Below are positions 14,011-27,485 of a stretch of 64,000 nt of DNA, one piece after another. Origin of the DNA: the human T2T-CHM13v2.0 reference genome, Homo sapiens. The DNA is taken from NCBI RefSeq assembly GCF_009914755.1, contig NC_060932.1; one strand, written 5' to 3'. Below the pieces are notes generated by a model. It saw only the letters and a list, made by a program, of their open reading frames with translations. It searched no databases and was not told the origin of the DNA. Numbering within the stretch: position 1 is the first letter of the stretch; the number at the start of each line of letters is the position of its first letter. A program made the position numbers and the translations under genes.

Positions 14011-15841
14011 CCGCTGTGTGACCTCAGGCAGGGGGTTTGTCTGAGGAACCTCCTTGCCTCCACCTGTAGGGTAGGTGAGTCAGGTCACCCTGGAGGGCTA
14101 CTGGGAAGAGGATCTGAGAAGTTGTATTGAATCCAGCATTGCTGGGCAGACCTAGCACTTTACACACGACCTAGATTCCACCTAGGGAGGGTGCCAGCCC
14201 TCTGCTGTACCCAGTGCCCCTCCTCTGCATCCCCATGACCACCCTGGGTGGGGAGGACAGAGATTGGGGAGCTCCTGTGGAGACACTAATGCTGGCCCCA
14301 GGCCCTGGTGGTGACAGTGATGAGGACCTGGGTGCACCTGTGAGTGGAGCACCTAGGCCTAGCCATAGAAGCAACACAAACACACACATGCACACAAAAA
14401 CACACACACACATGCACAAACACGTTGCACACACACATCTCAGTTCAGGGGATAAGGGATACTGACTCTGTGCCCTGTTTATCCAAGCAGGCTCCCATTG
14501 TGATGGGTTATGTTGCCCCACGATGTCATCATTGCTGAGCCCCCAGTGCCTCTGTGTTGTGGAGCAGTTAGAGACACATGGCAGTGTCCTTGAGTGGCTC
14601 TGAGTGTGGGACCATTTTCTAGGTGATCACTCAGCATAGCTTACCGATCAGACTCAAGTGAATGGAACCTGCCCTCTTCCCTTCCTCCTGGCTTTGGAAC
14701 AGTTGCTACCAGGTGAGTGGTTTTTCCCTCCAGACAGTTACTGAGAGTAATCCCTGAGCACTCACTGGGTGCCTGTTCTGTGCTGACAGTCATCTCATTC
14801 ATCCTAACAGCAATTCCATTCTGCATCTTCTCTGGACACCCCCAGGACCATCCAGGACAACCCTGCCTGACACCAGGCCTAGTGTGGCTCCATGATAACA
14901 AAGACGCAGGTCCAGAGACAATCCCCCTACATGGTGCCTGCATCTGATTCCCCTTGGTGGGTAGTGACGATCACAACATGGAAGAAGCCAGGGCAGCTTG
15001 CAGCCAGCTGCTGTGCAGCCCCAGATGGCTCCTGGACCTTGGGAAGTAATTCTCAAAGGGGAAGCTGGTCACTTTGAGGTCCCTGGAGGGATGGGTGAAT
15101 GTGGCATACTGGCAACGCTGACAGCCAGCAGCATGCCATACATCTCACCTAACATGTGGGACAGAGGCCCCCTCCAAGAGCACGAGTCTCATACATGAAG
15201 CATCCTGTCTCAGGCCTCATCCTGAGCCCTAGGAGGGGAGGGGTACCGTGGGCCACCAGCAGCAGCCAGGATTACCACACACGGGACTCAGTATTCTGTA
15301 GCCCTGGCCAGACTTAGAATTTGGCCCAAGACAGGACAATATCACTCGGAGCAGCATGTCGGTACTTGGGGTCTGTGCATGCCAGGCAAGACCAACCTGG
15401 CTCAAAGAGCAATCAGCCACCTCTATAAGGGTGTCCCAGGAGCAGGTGGACCAGCCACCAACCTCACCCACTCAAGGAAGCAGGGATAGCCAGGTTCCCA
15501 CAGCCTGAGTGGCCACTACATAACAGCTGATGGAGTAGAGGCCTGAGGAAAGCAGATGGCACTGGGCCCTACCTCCAGGGTAGAGGAACTGATATATCTA
15601 GATTGGCAGCGTGTGAGGTTGGTGACTGGTCCACCTGCTCCTGGCACACCTTTGTGGAGGTGGCCGCTTGCTCTTTGAGCCAGTTTGGCCTTGCCTGGCA
15701 TGCACAGGCCTCAGTGCAACAACTGTGCTGCAAATGGAGCCACATGGAGGAAATGAGCAGCAGGCTCAGGAGCAGGCTGTGTGCTGCCTTTGGGGCTCCA
15801 GTCCATGTATCAGTTCTCACACAGCACTGAGGGCTTCTTGG

Positions 15842-17022
15842 GTGCCAAGAGGCAGACCACAGGTCATTTTGAGGAGGACTTTATGTCCAGATGCAGAAAG
15901 GGCCCAATCTGGTGGATGAACCACATGCCAGCTTCTGGGTGCAGGCACAGTGCCACATCTTCCATCACTTCCTGATATGTGCCCCACCAGCACTGAAGAG
16001 ACAGCCTGGAAACAGGACAATATAAAGGCTGAGAAGGGTGAGATGGTGAGTGCCAGCTTCCAAATGACCCTGAGTCCACCCCCATGGTAGCCTTCAACCT
16101 TTAGGAATCGAATGCTACACCAAGAAGATGGACAACAGGGCACTCAACTCAACTTCACAGCCAATGAGTTGACATGCAAGCAGATGATGGTGGCAGGCTT
16201 TAAGAAGGAGCATCAGAAGGCAGGCAGTTTTTCTTCAGCCTCAGCCAGGCCTTGGAGCTGGACCAGGCCATCCACTTCACCAGAGGTGCCAGCAACACCA
16301 TCAGTGAGCTCTCTGCCAATCTGTCCCAACAAGGCCTGGACCCCATGATGCACCTGTTATTGTTGTCTCAGGGACACCAGTCCAACGTCCTGGACATCAT
16401 CCATGTACCCAAGGAAGCTCTTGCCAAAGTCATGGAAAGCAGGCAACATGTGGCAGAAAGGAAGCAGAAGTGCAGAGGCTGATGACATCAGGATCACGGT
16501 AACAGGATTTATTTGGCCACTTTGGCTGAAATTCACCACTTCCATCCAACTAAATTGAGAAACTTGAAATCACAAATGCAGTATTTCTTGCAACAAGAGA
16601 TACTATTTTTCCAAAAAGTCACCCAGGAATTGAGAGTGTTGAATGACTAGATATTCAACTGCGGACTTTTTCCAGTTCAAGGATACCTTCTACAGCAGAA
16701 TAATAACACTATCAAAGAGCCAGTGCCAGCTATTGTGGTAGTACAAGTATTGTTTTGTGTTAGACTAAAACCCAGCTGAATATTGACTTGTGCAGGAAGC
16801 AGTTAATATGGTGATAGAATAGAAACAGCACCAAACTAAATCATACTACAAATGCTTACACTACCTTTGTAACTTTTGGAAGAATGATAATACCATTTAC
16901 TTCATTGCTTTTTGAAGTATGAATATTTTAGTGTATATGCTGTAGACCTTATATTTATGAAAAGTCTCAAAGAAGCTGGCTGGATAAAGCCTGCTGTAGA
17001 TGGTTTTATACTGAAAGATTGA
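15842..17022 (+). pseudogene. SNX18P: Processed SNX18 pseudogene (end of PX domain, BAR domain, start of 3'UTR)
   Basis: [55 protein letters not shown] and LAEIHHFH match SNX18 ([46 protein letters not shown]). No intron; several frameshifts; 5'-truncated. Confidence 0.93.
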
Positions 17023-20000
17023 TGATATGATTCAAATATGTGTCCCCACCAAATTTCATGTTGAATTATGTTTCCTAATGTTGAAGGTGGAAGCTGGTAT
17101 GAGGTGATTGAATTATGAAAACAAATTTCTCATGAATGGTTTAGCACCATCACTTTGCTACTCTCCTTGTAATCATGAGTGACTTCTTGTGAGATCTGGT
17201 CATTGAAAACTCTATGCCACCTCCTTACTTTCCATGTTTTCCTCTTGCCATGTGAGAAAATTCAGTCTTTGTCTTCCACAATGATTGAAAGATTTCTGAG
17301 GCCTCCCAGAAGCAAAAGCCACTGTGCTTCCTGTACACTGCTGAATCAAGGGTCAGTTAAACCTCTGTTTCAAAATAAAGCACACAGAAAATGGCAAATG
17401 AGGATTGAACGATTGCTATGAAGATACCTGAAAGTGTGGAAGTAGCTTTGGAAGTAAGTAATGGGCAGAGGTTGGAAGATTTGAGATGGCTCAAGTGAAG
17501 ACAGATAGATGGGAAAATTTCTGGACCATCTTAGAGACTGTTTAAATGGTTGTGACCAAAATGCTGACAGAAACATGGACAGTGAAGGCCAGGCTGAGAA
17601 AGGTCTCAGATTGAAATAAGAAGACTTCAAGAAAATGTCTTCCTTTTGGATACGGAAATCTTACACAATGCCTGTACCACTATTGTACCTTAGAAGCAGT
17701 GAACTTGCTTTCTATTTCAGCACCTCATAGGCAAAAGAGACTGTAGCCTTGGCTCAGATGGTACTTTGCACTTTCTAACTTTGAGTTAATGGTGGAATGA
17801 GTTAAGAATTTGGGAGACTGTTGGCAAGGGATGATTGTTTTTGCAATATGAGAAGGACATTAAATTCGTGGGAGGGACAGAATAATATGGTTTATCTCTA
17901 CTTCCCTACCAGAACTCATACTCCCTAATGTTAGAGGTGGGGCCTAGGTAGAAAAAGATTTAATCATAAAAGGGTGAGGGTGGATCCTTCATGAATGGTA
18001 AAGCAACATGCCCTTAATGCTGTCCTCCTGATAGTGAGTTCTCATGAGATCTGGTTGTTTAAAAGGGGGTGGAACCTCTTTTCTTGCTCTGCCTTGCTCC
18101 CACTCTTGTTGTAGGAGACATCTCATTGTCCCTAAGCTGTCTGGTGTGATTGGGAAGCTCTCTGACTCTTCCCAGAAACAGAAGACACAATGCTTCCTTT
18201 ACAGCCTGCAGAACACTCATTAAATTAAACCTCTATTATTTATGATAATACAGAAATTTGGTACTGCAGAGGGGAGCTGTGAAATGTCTTCAAGGCCTTT
18301 TCCCCTTTGACTTGGCTATCAGCACTGGGCTTCTTTATGTGCAAATTTCTGAAGACTTCTTGAATTTTTCCCCTTAAATGGGGTTTTGTGTTATTGCTAC
18401 ATAGTCAAGCTGTTACAGAGATACCTGAAAATGTAGAAGCACGTTCAGAAGTGGGTAACAAAGAATGGGAGAGTTTGGAGGGCTTAGAGGATGACAGAAA
18501 AATGAGGGCCTGGTGAGAATGATTTGATCATGAACAGGAGGTGGGTGAGAGTGGAAGAAAAAAGGGGTGGGTAGGATGGGGAGAAGTAGGTTGGCAGTAG
18601 GGTGGTGGGAGTGTGGAGGGTAGTAGGAAGGGGGAGTAGCCTGCTGTAGAGGCAGAGCCTCATGGAAAACCTCTATTAGGGCGTTGCACCTGTGGTTTTG
18701 CAGGGTTTAGCCTCCATGGCTGCTCTCATGGACGGGGTTGCTGTTGAGTGCCTGTAGCTTTTCCAGACTGAGGGTGCAAGCTGTTGGTGGGTATATGAAT
18801 CTGGAATCTAGAGGATGCTGATCCCCTTTGTGGAAGCTCAAAGCCCACTATTTTCCTTCCGCACTGCCCTAGCAGAGGTTTTCCAAGAGGCTCTGCTTCT
18901 GCAACAGGCTTCTGCCTAGAAACCATGGTGGGTGAGGGTGGAGGATGGATCCTTTACTAATGGGTAAGCATCATCTTCTTGATGCTGTCCTCATGATATA
19001 GAGTTCTCATGAGATCTGGTTGGATTACAGGGTGTGGCACCACTTTCCTCTCTCTGTCTTGCTCCTTTTCCTGCCATGTGACACATCTCCTTGCCCCTTG
19101 ACCTTTTGGTATGATTGGGAGGTTTCCTGATTCCCTCCAGAAGTAGAAGCCACTATGCATCCTTTACAGCTTGCAGAACCATGAGCCAATTAAACCTCTT
19201 TTCTTTATGATCATACAGAAAATATAGTACCTTGAAGTGGACCTAGGAAATGACTTCAAGGACTTTTCTCCATTTTCTTGGCAATCAGCAGTCAGCTTGT
19301 TTTCATGCAAATATCTGAAGCCTGGTTGAATTTTCCCCCTGAAAATGGATGTTTCTTCTTTTACGACATTCCCAGGCTGTGACAAAGCTGGAATGTAGAA
19401 GCAGGCTCAGAAGTGGGTAATGAACAGAGGTTGGGAGAATTTGGAGAGTTTAGAAGACAGGAAGATGAGGAAAAGTTTGGACCACTGTAGAGCATTTTAC
19501 TAGTCATGTTCAGAAGGCTGACAGAAGCGTGGATAGTGAAGGCCAGACTTTGAAAGTCTCAGATGAATATGAAAAGCTTACTGGGAACAGGAGCCAAGGT
19601 CACTTTTGTTTTGCCTTAGCAAAGAAGGTGTCTGCTAGGTGAACCTGCCCTGGAGATTGGTGAAAGTTTGAACTTGCTGGTGATCATTTGGGGTGTAACT
19701 AGCAGAATGACCTTCTAAGCAGCAAAGCTCAAGAGGTATCCTGTCTGCATTGAACAGCCTGTGCTCTTAGGTGTGATCAAAGAAATGACTTCAAGTTGGA
19801 AATTATACTTAAATAAGAAGCAGAGCTTCAAAGTTAGAAAAATCTGCAGCCTCCTTAAGTGGTCAAAAACGAAAGCTGATTTTCAGAGGGAAAATCCAAG
19901 AAGGCTGTAGAAATTTACGTAAAATGGAGTCCAGTGCTAATAGCCAAGGCAATGGGGAAATGGCCTTGAAGGCATTTCAGAGACCTTTGTAGCAGCCCTT

Positions 20001-23000
20001 GCTGTCACTGGCCCTGAGGACTGTGAAAGAATAATGGTTTCCTGAAACAGCCACATGGCCTCACTGCTGTGTGCAGCCTCAGGACACTGCTGCCTGCATC
20101 CCTGCAGTGCCAGCTCCAGCTCTAGCAATGGCTGAAAGATGCACATGTACAGCTTGGGTCACAGCTTTGGGGCCTGCAAGCTATAAGCTTTGGTGGCTTC
20201 CACATAGTGTTCAGCCAGCGGGTGTGTAGAGCATGAGACAAGAGGCTTTGGAGCCTTTGTATAGATTTTGGAAGATGTATGGAAATGCCTGGGTGTCCAG
20301 GCAGAAGACTGCCAAAGGAGGAGAGCCTCATGGAAAACCTCTACTAGGGCAGTGCAGAAGGAAAATATGGGGTTGGAGCCTCCACACTGGAGGCCACCAC
20401 TCTCAAAACCTCAGATTCATACACCCCCAACAGCTTGTACCCTTAGAGGGGAAAAGCTACAGGCACTCAACACCAGCCTAGCCCATGAGAGCAGCCATGG
20501 TCACTAAACAGTGCAAAGACACAGGTGCAGGTCTGCCCAAGGCCTTGGGAGCCCAGCCCTCACACCCCTGTGCTCTGGATTTGGGACAGTGAAGCAAAAA
20601 GGATGATTTTGGAGCTGTAGGATTGAAAGACTTGACTGCTGTGTTCTGGAATTTCATGAGGCCTGTAAGTCTCATCTGCTTTTGTTCTTTCTGGCAAAAT
20701 TCTTCCTTTTGGCTGGGAATGCTTACCCATTGCCTGTGCAACCATTGTACCTTGGAAGTAGATAACTTGCTTTATATTTCAGAGGCTCATGGGCAGAAGG
20801 GAGTGTAGCCTGTGTCAGATGAGATTTTAAGCTATAAACAATTATGTAAATGCTGGAAAGGGTTAAGATTTGGAGGACTGTAGGGAAGGCAACATTGTAT
20901 TGTGCAATGTGAGGAGGACACGAGATATTGGGGGCCAGGGCAAAATAATATGATTTTGCTCTGTGTCCCTACCAAAACTCATATGGAATTGTCATCGGGA
21001 ATGTTAAAAGTGGGGCCTGGTGGAAGGTGATGTAATCATGGATGAGAGTGGGGGTTGGAAGTTGGGAGGTGGTTGGGAGAATGGCAGGGATTATGGTGGT
21101 GGGGGAGGGAAAGGTCGGGGTGGTGTGAATCCTTCACAAATGGTTAAACACCATCTCCTTCATGCTGTCCTCATGATAGTGATTCTCATGATGATTTTGG
21201 AGCTGTAAGATTGAATGAATAGTGGCTGGCTGGATTTTGGGCTTGCATTGGGCCTGTGGTCCCATTTGTGTTATTTTCCTGGGAAATTTCTTCCCTTTGG
21301 ATTGAGAAAGCTTACCCAATACCTGTACCATCATTGTACCTTGGAAGAAAAGAACTCCTTTTTAAATTCAGGGACTCATTTGCAGCCTTATCTTATATGA
21401 GACAATGAACTTTTTACATTTGAATTAATGCTGAAATCAGTTAAGATTTTTGGAAACTTTTGAAAAGAAATGATTGTATTTTGCTCTGTGAGAAGGACAT
21501 GAGATTCAGAAGGGTCGAGGTCAGAATAATACGGTTAGGGTATTTGTCCCTACCACAACTCATGTGGAATTGAAATCTCAAATGCTTGAGGTAGGGCCTG
21601 GTGGGAGGTGATATAATAATGGAAGGGAGGGGGGTGGGGGTGCAAGGAAAAAGGGGTGGGTAGGGTGGGGAAAAGTAGGTTTTCAGTAGGGTGGTGGGAG
21701 GGTGAAGGGTAGTAGGAAGCAGAGTAGCCTGCTGTAGAGACAGAGCCTCATAGAAAAACTCTACTAGGGCAGTGTGCCGTGGATTCACAGGGTTTAGCCC
21801 CCGTGGCTGCTCTCATGGGCTGGGCTGGTGTTGAATGCCTGTAGCTTTTTCACATTGAGGGTGCAAGCTGTTGGTGGGTCTATGAATCTGGGGTCTGGAG
21901 GATGGTGGCCCCCTGTGTGGGGGCTCCACGCCCATATTTTCCTTCTGCAGTGCCCGAGTAGCAGTTTTCCAAGAGGCTCGGCCTCTGCAGCAGGTTCTGC
22001 CTGAAAACAGTGGTGGGTGGGTGTGGGAGAAGATCCCTCACCCATGGTTAACCACCGTCTTCTTGATGTGGGCCTCATGATAGTTCTCATGAGATCTGGT
22101 TGTATAAAAGCATGTGGCACCTCTTTCCTCTTTCTGTCTTTCTCCTACTCCTGCCATTTGAAACATCTCATTGCTCCTCAGCCTTCTGGTATGATTGGGA
22201 GGCTTCCTGGGTCCTCCCAGAAACAGAAGCCACTCTGCTTCCTTTACATCCTACAGAAACCAGAGCCAATTTAACCTCTTTTCTTTATGATCACACAGAA
22301 AATTAGTACTGCAAAGTGGAGCTATGAAATGCCTTCAAGGCCTTTTCTTCATTATCTTGCCTGTTAGCATTGGCCTACCTTTTTTATGCAAAGATCTGAA
22401 GCTTTCTTGAATTTTCTCCCTGAAAATGGGGTTTTCTTCTTTTACCACATTGCCAGGTGTGACTAAATTAGCTGAAAATGTAGAAGCAGGTTCAGAAGTG
22501 GGTAACAGCCAAAGGTCAGAGAGTTTGGAGGGCTTTGAAGAAGATAGGGACATGACAGAAAGTTGGACCTATTGTAGAAATGTTTTAAATAATTATGATT
22601 AAAAGGTTGACAGATGTATAGTGAAGGCCAGGCTTAGAAGGTCTCAGTTGAAAATGAGGAAGTTATACTGGGAATAAAAGCCCAGGTCACTTTTGTCTTA
22701 CCATAGCAAAGAACTTAGCCGACTGGTGACCCTGCCCTCAAGATATGTGAATCTTTGATCCTGAGGGTAAAGATTTAGGGTGTATCTGGGTGGAATGAAC
22801 TTCTATGCAGCAAAGCTCAAGAGGTGTCCTGTCTGTGTCAAACAGCCTGTGCTCTTACGTGTGACTGAGGAAATGACCTCAAGTTGGAACTCATATTTAA
22901 GTGAGAAGCTGAGCTTAAAAGTTTGGAAAATTTGCTGCTGGCCAAGTGGTCAAAAAGAAAAGCTGATTTTCAGGAGGGAAAATTTAAGAAGTCTTCAGAA

Positions 23001-24791
23001 ATTTGCATAAAAAGGAGCCCAGCGCTAATAGCCAAGACAATGAGAAAAAGGCCTTGAAGGCATTTCAGAGACCTTTGCAGCAGCCCTTAGTGTCACAGGC
23101 CCTGGGGCCTAAGAGAGAAGAATGGTTTCCTGGGCCAGACCCATGGCCCTGCTGCTGTGTGCAGCCTCAGGACACTGCACCTTGCATCCCTACAGCTCCA
23201 GCTCCAGCTTCAGCCCTGGCTCAAAGATGCACAGGTACAACTTGAGTCACTGCTTCAGAGGGTGCAAGCTATAAGCCTTGGTGGCTTCTGCATAGTATTA
23301 ACCCATTGGGCACACAGAGCCCACGACTAGAGTCTTGGGATCCTCCTCAAAGACTTCAGAAGATGTATGGGAATGCCTGTGTGTCCAGGCAGAAGCCTGC
23401 CCAAAAGGAGGAACCTCATGGGAAACCTCTACTATGGAAGTGCAGGAGGAAAATATGGGTTGGATCCCCCACACTGGTTTGTCATTGGGAATGTTAAAGG
23501 TGGGGACTGGTGGAAAATGATTTAATCATGGATGAGAGTGGGGACTGGAAGGTCGGGGGTGAGGAGAATGGGACGGATGATGGTGGGAGTGGGAGGTGAA
23601 ATTTGGAAGTGTGGGGGGGATCCTTCAAAAATGGTTAAACACCATCTCCTTAATGGTGTCCTCATGATAGTGATTTCTCATAATTATTTTGGAGCCGTTA
23701 GATCGAATGATTACTGTCTTGCCGGGTTCTGGACTTGCATTGCGCCTGTGGTTGCTTTCGTGTTATTTTTGTGGGAAATTTCTTCCTTTTGATTGAGAAA
23801 GCTTACCCAAAGACTGTACCATCATTGCACCTTGAAAGAAAATAACTCCTTTTGAATTCAGGGACTCATCAACAGAAGGGACTGTAGCCTTGTCTCAGAT
23901 GAGACTTTGAGCTTTTAACATTTGAGTTCACGCTGGAATGAATTAAGACCTAGGAAACTTTTGAAAAGGCATGACTGCATTTTGCTCTGTGAGAACAACA
24001 TGGGATTTCCAGGGGTCAAGGTCAGCATAACACGGTTTGTCTGTGTGTCCCTACCAAACCTTATGTGGAATTGTAATCTCAAACCCCAGAGGTGGGGTCT
24101 GGTGGACGGTGATTTGATCATGGATGGGAGTGGCGTGGGGGTGGAATGAAAAAGTGGTAGGTGGGGTGAGGAAGAGTAGGTTTTTCAGTAGGGTGGTGGG
24201 AGGGTGGGGGTAGTAGGAAGTGGGAGTAGCCTGCTGCAGAGGCAGAGCCTCATGGAAAACCTCTACTGGGGCAATGCACCTGAGGCTTTGCAGAATTTAG
24301 CTCCTGCAGCTGCCCTCAAGGGCTGAACTGGTGTTGAGTGCCTGTAGCTTCCTCACACTGAGGGTGCAAGCCATTGGTGGGTCTGTGAATCTGGTGTCTG
24401 GAGGATTGTGTCCTGTGCGGGGGCTCCAAACCCATATTTTCCTTCTGTATTGCCCAAATAGAGGTTCTCCAAGAGGCTCTGTCTCTTCCATAGGCTTCTG
24501 CCTGGAAACAGTGTTGGTTGAGGGTGGGGGGTATATCTTTCACCTATGGTTAAGCACCACCTTCTAGATGCTAACTTCATGATAGTGAGTTCTCATGATA
24601 TCTGGTTGTATAACAGCATGTGACACATTTTTCCTCTCTCTGTCTTGCTCCTACTTCTACCACATGAAACTTCTCATTGCCTCTTGGCCTTCTGGTATGA
24701 TTGGCAAGCTTCCTGAGTCCTCTCAGAAGCAGAAACCACTCTGCTGTTTTTACAGCCTGTAGAACCCTGAGCAAATTAAACCTCTTTTCTT

Positions 24792-25128
<337 letters not shown>

Positions 25129-25338
25129 TTATGATCATACCAAAAATTAGTATTGGGAAGTGGAGCTATAAAATGCCTTCATGACCTTTTCCCCATTGTC
25201 TTGGCTATTAGCACTGGGCTGCTTTTATATGCAAATATATGAACCCTTGAATTTTCCCCCTGAAAGTGAACTTTTCTTCTTTTACCACATTGCCAGGTTG
25301 TGACAAAGATCACTGAAAATGTAGAAGCTGGTTCAGAA

Positions 25339-25843
25339 TATTGGTAATAAAGCTCAAAATCCTGAGGAAATTGAACACTCAAATAAAGGATTCTTAGCAA
25401 AGCAATTTTACTTCTGCACAGAGGGGTGCTTCTCCTTGGCCAGTCACCATGAGAGCACATCTGAACAAAGGGGCATGAGAGCCTTTATTCCTGATGCAAT
25501 TCCTGCCCCTGTACCCTTTTCCCATTGGCCAGGGTCAGGTCACACAATCTGAACTAATCCTGGTTGGCTAAACATTTGAACTTTCTTTAGATAAAGTGGG
25601 CACATAAGGGAGAGAGGGGAAAAGGGGAAGGGGTGTCTGCAATGACCTAGAGAGGTAGTCTTTTTTCCAAATAAGGAAAGGAATGTGAACTTGTACTGAT
25701 AAGCCTGGTACTGTGGTGTGTCTGGGCATGTAACAAAGGCAGAAAGGAAAAAAGACAAAAAGGAAAAGGGGGTGAGCATGGGTAATATGAATGAATAAAG
25801 GATTGATCAGGCTATTTGAAGAGAAACCTCATCATATCACACA
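25339..25843 (-). mobile_element. Solo ERV1 LTR, LTR10-like (HERV-I group)
   Basis: 505-bp insertion absent from sister units; 4-bp TSD agaa; minus strand starts tgtgtgatatgatgaggtttctcttcaaatagcc. Confidence 0.75.
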
Positions 25844-27043
25844 AGAAGTGAGTAATGGCCAGAGGTCAGAGAGTTTGGAGGGCTTGGAAGAAGACAGGAA
25901 CATGAGGGAAAGTTTGACTCATTGTAGAGACTTGTTAAATAATTTTAATTAAAAGGCTGACAGAAGGACATACAGTGAAGCCAGGCTTAGAAGGTCTCAG
26001 ATGAAAATGAGGAACTTACTGGGAACAGAGCCAAGGTCACTTTTGTTTTGCCGCAGCAAAGAATGTGGCTCCACAGTGACCCTGCCCTTGAGATCTGTCA
26101 CTCTTTGAACTTGAGAGTGATGATATAGGGTGTATCTGGTGAAATGAACTTCTAGGCAGCAAAGTTCAAGAGGTGTCCTGTCTGTGTCAAACAGCCTGTA
26201 CTCTTATACGTGACTGAAGAAATGACCTCAAGTTGGGACTCATATTTAAATGAGAAGCTGAACTTAAAACTTTGGAAAATTTGTAGCCTGGCCAAGTAGT
26301 CAAAAACAAAAGCTGATTTTCAGGAGGGAAAATTCAAGAAGGCTTCAGAAATTTGCATAAAAAGGAGCCCAGTGCTAACAGCCAGGGCAATGAGGAAAAG
26401 GCCTTGAAAGCAATTCAGAGCTCTTTGCAGCCACCCTTACTGTCACAGGCCCTGGGGTCTATGAGAGAAGAATGGTTTCCCGGGCCAGACCTATGGCTCC
26501 ACTGCTGTGTGCAGCCTCAGTTCCAGCTCCAGCCATGGGTCAAAGAGGCGCAGGTACAACTTGTGTTACTGCTTCAGAGGATGTATTCTATAAGCCTTAT
26601 TGTCTTTTACATAGTGTTAAGCCAGCGGGCACACAATGCATGAGTCTACAGGCTTGGGAGCCTCTGTCTAGATTTCAGAAAATGTACAGAAAAGCCTGGA
26701 TATCCAGGCAGAAGACTTTCCAAGAGGCAGAGCCTCATGGGAAACCTCTGCTAGAGCAGTGCAGATGGAAAATATGGGGTTGGAGCCACCCCTAGAACCT
26801 TGGGTCTGGAAGCAGGCCACCATCTTCCAGACCCCAGATTCATAGACCCACCAACAGCTTGCACCCTAAGTGTGGGAAAGCTACAGGCACTCAACACCAG
26901 CCCCAGTCTGAGAGCAGCCACAGAAGCTAAACCCTACAAAGCCACAGGTACAAAGCTACCCAAGGCCCTAGGAGTCCCACTCTCAGTCCTGTGTGCCCTG
27001 GGTGTGGGATATAGGTTCAAAGAAGATGATTTTGGAGCTGTAG

Positions 27044-27485
27044 TGTAGCAGGAGAAGCCTCAGACAAAACCCCTCAGATACCAAGTTAAAGAAGGAAGGG
27101 ATTTATTTGGCCGGGAGCTTCAGCAAGATTCATGTCTCCAACAACCGAGCTCCCTGAGTGAGCAATTCCTGTCCCTTTTAAGGGCTCACAACTCTAAGGG
27201 GGTCCACATGAGAAGGTCGTGATTGATTGAGCAAGCAGAGGGTACGTGACTGGGGGCTGCTTACACCAGTGATTAGAATGGAACAGAACAAGACTGGGAT
27301 CTTCACAGAACTTTTTTAACGCAAGTAACTGATTAGGTCGGGGTCGATCTTTAACTACCAGACCCAGGATGTGGCGCCAGGCTGTCTGCTTGTGGATTTC
27401 ATTCCTGCCTTTTAGTTTTTACTTCTTTTTTCTTTGGAGGCAGAAATTGGGCATAAGAAAATACTAGGGGTGGTCTCCTCCCTTA
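27044..27485 (-). mobile_element. Solo LTR2 (HERV-E/Harlequin)
   Basis: Minus strand starts taagggaggagaccacccc and ends ctaca; 4-bp TSD gtag. Confidence 0.88.
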
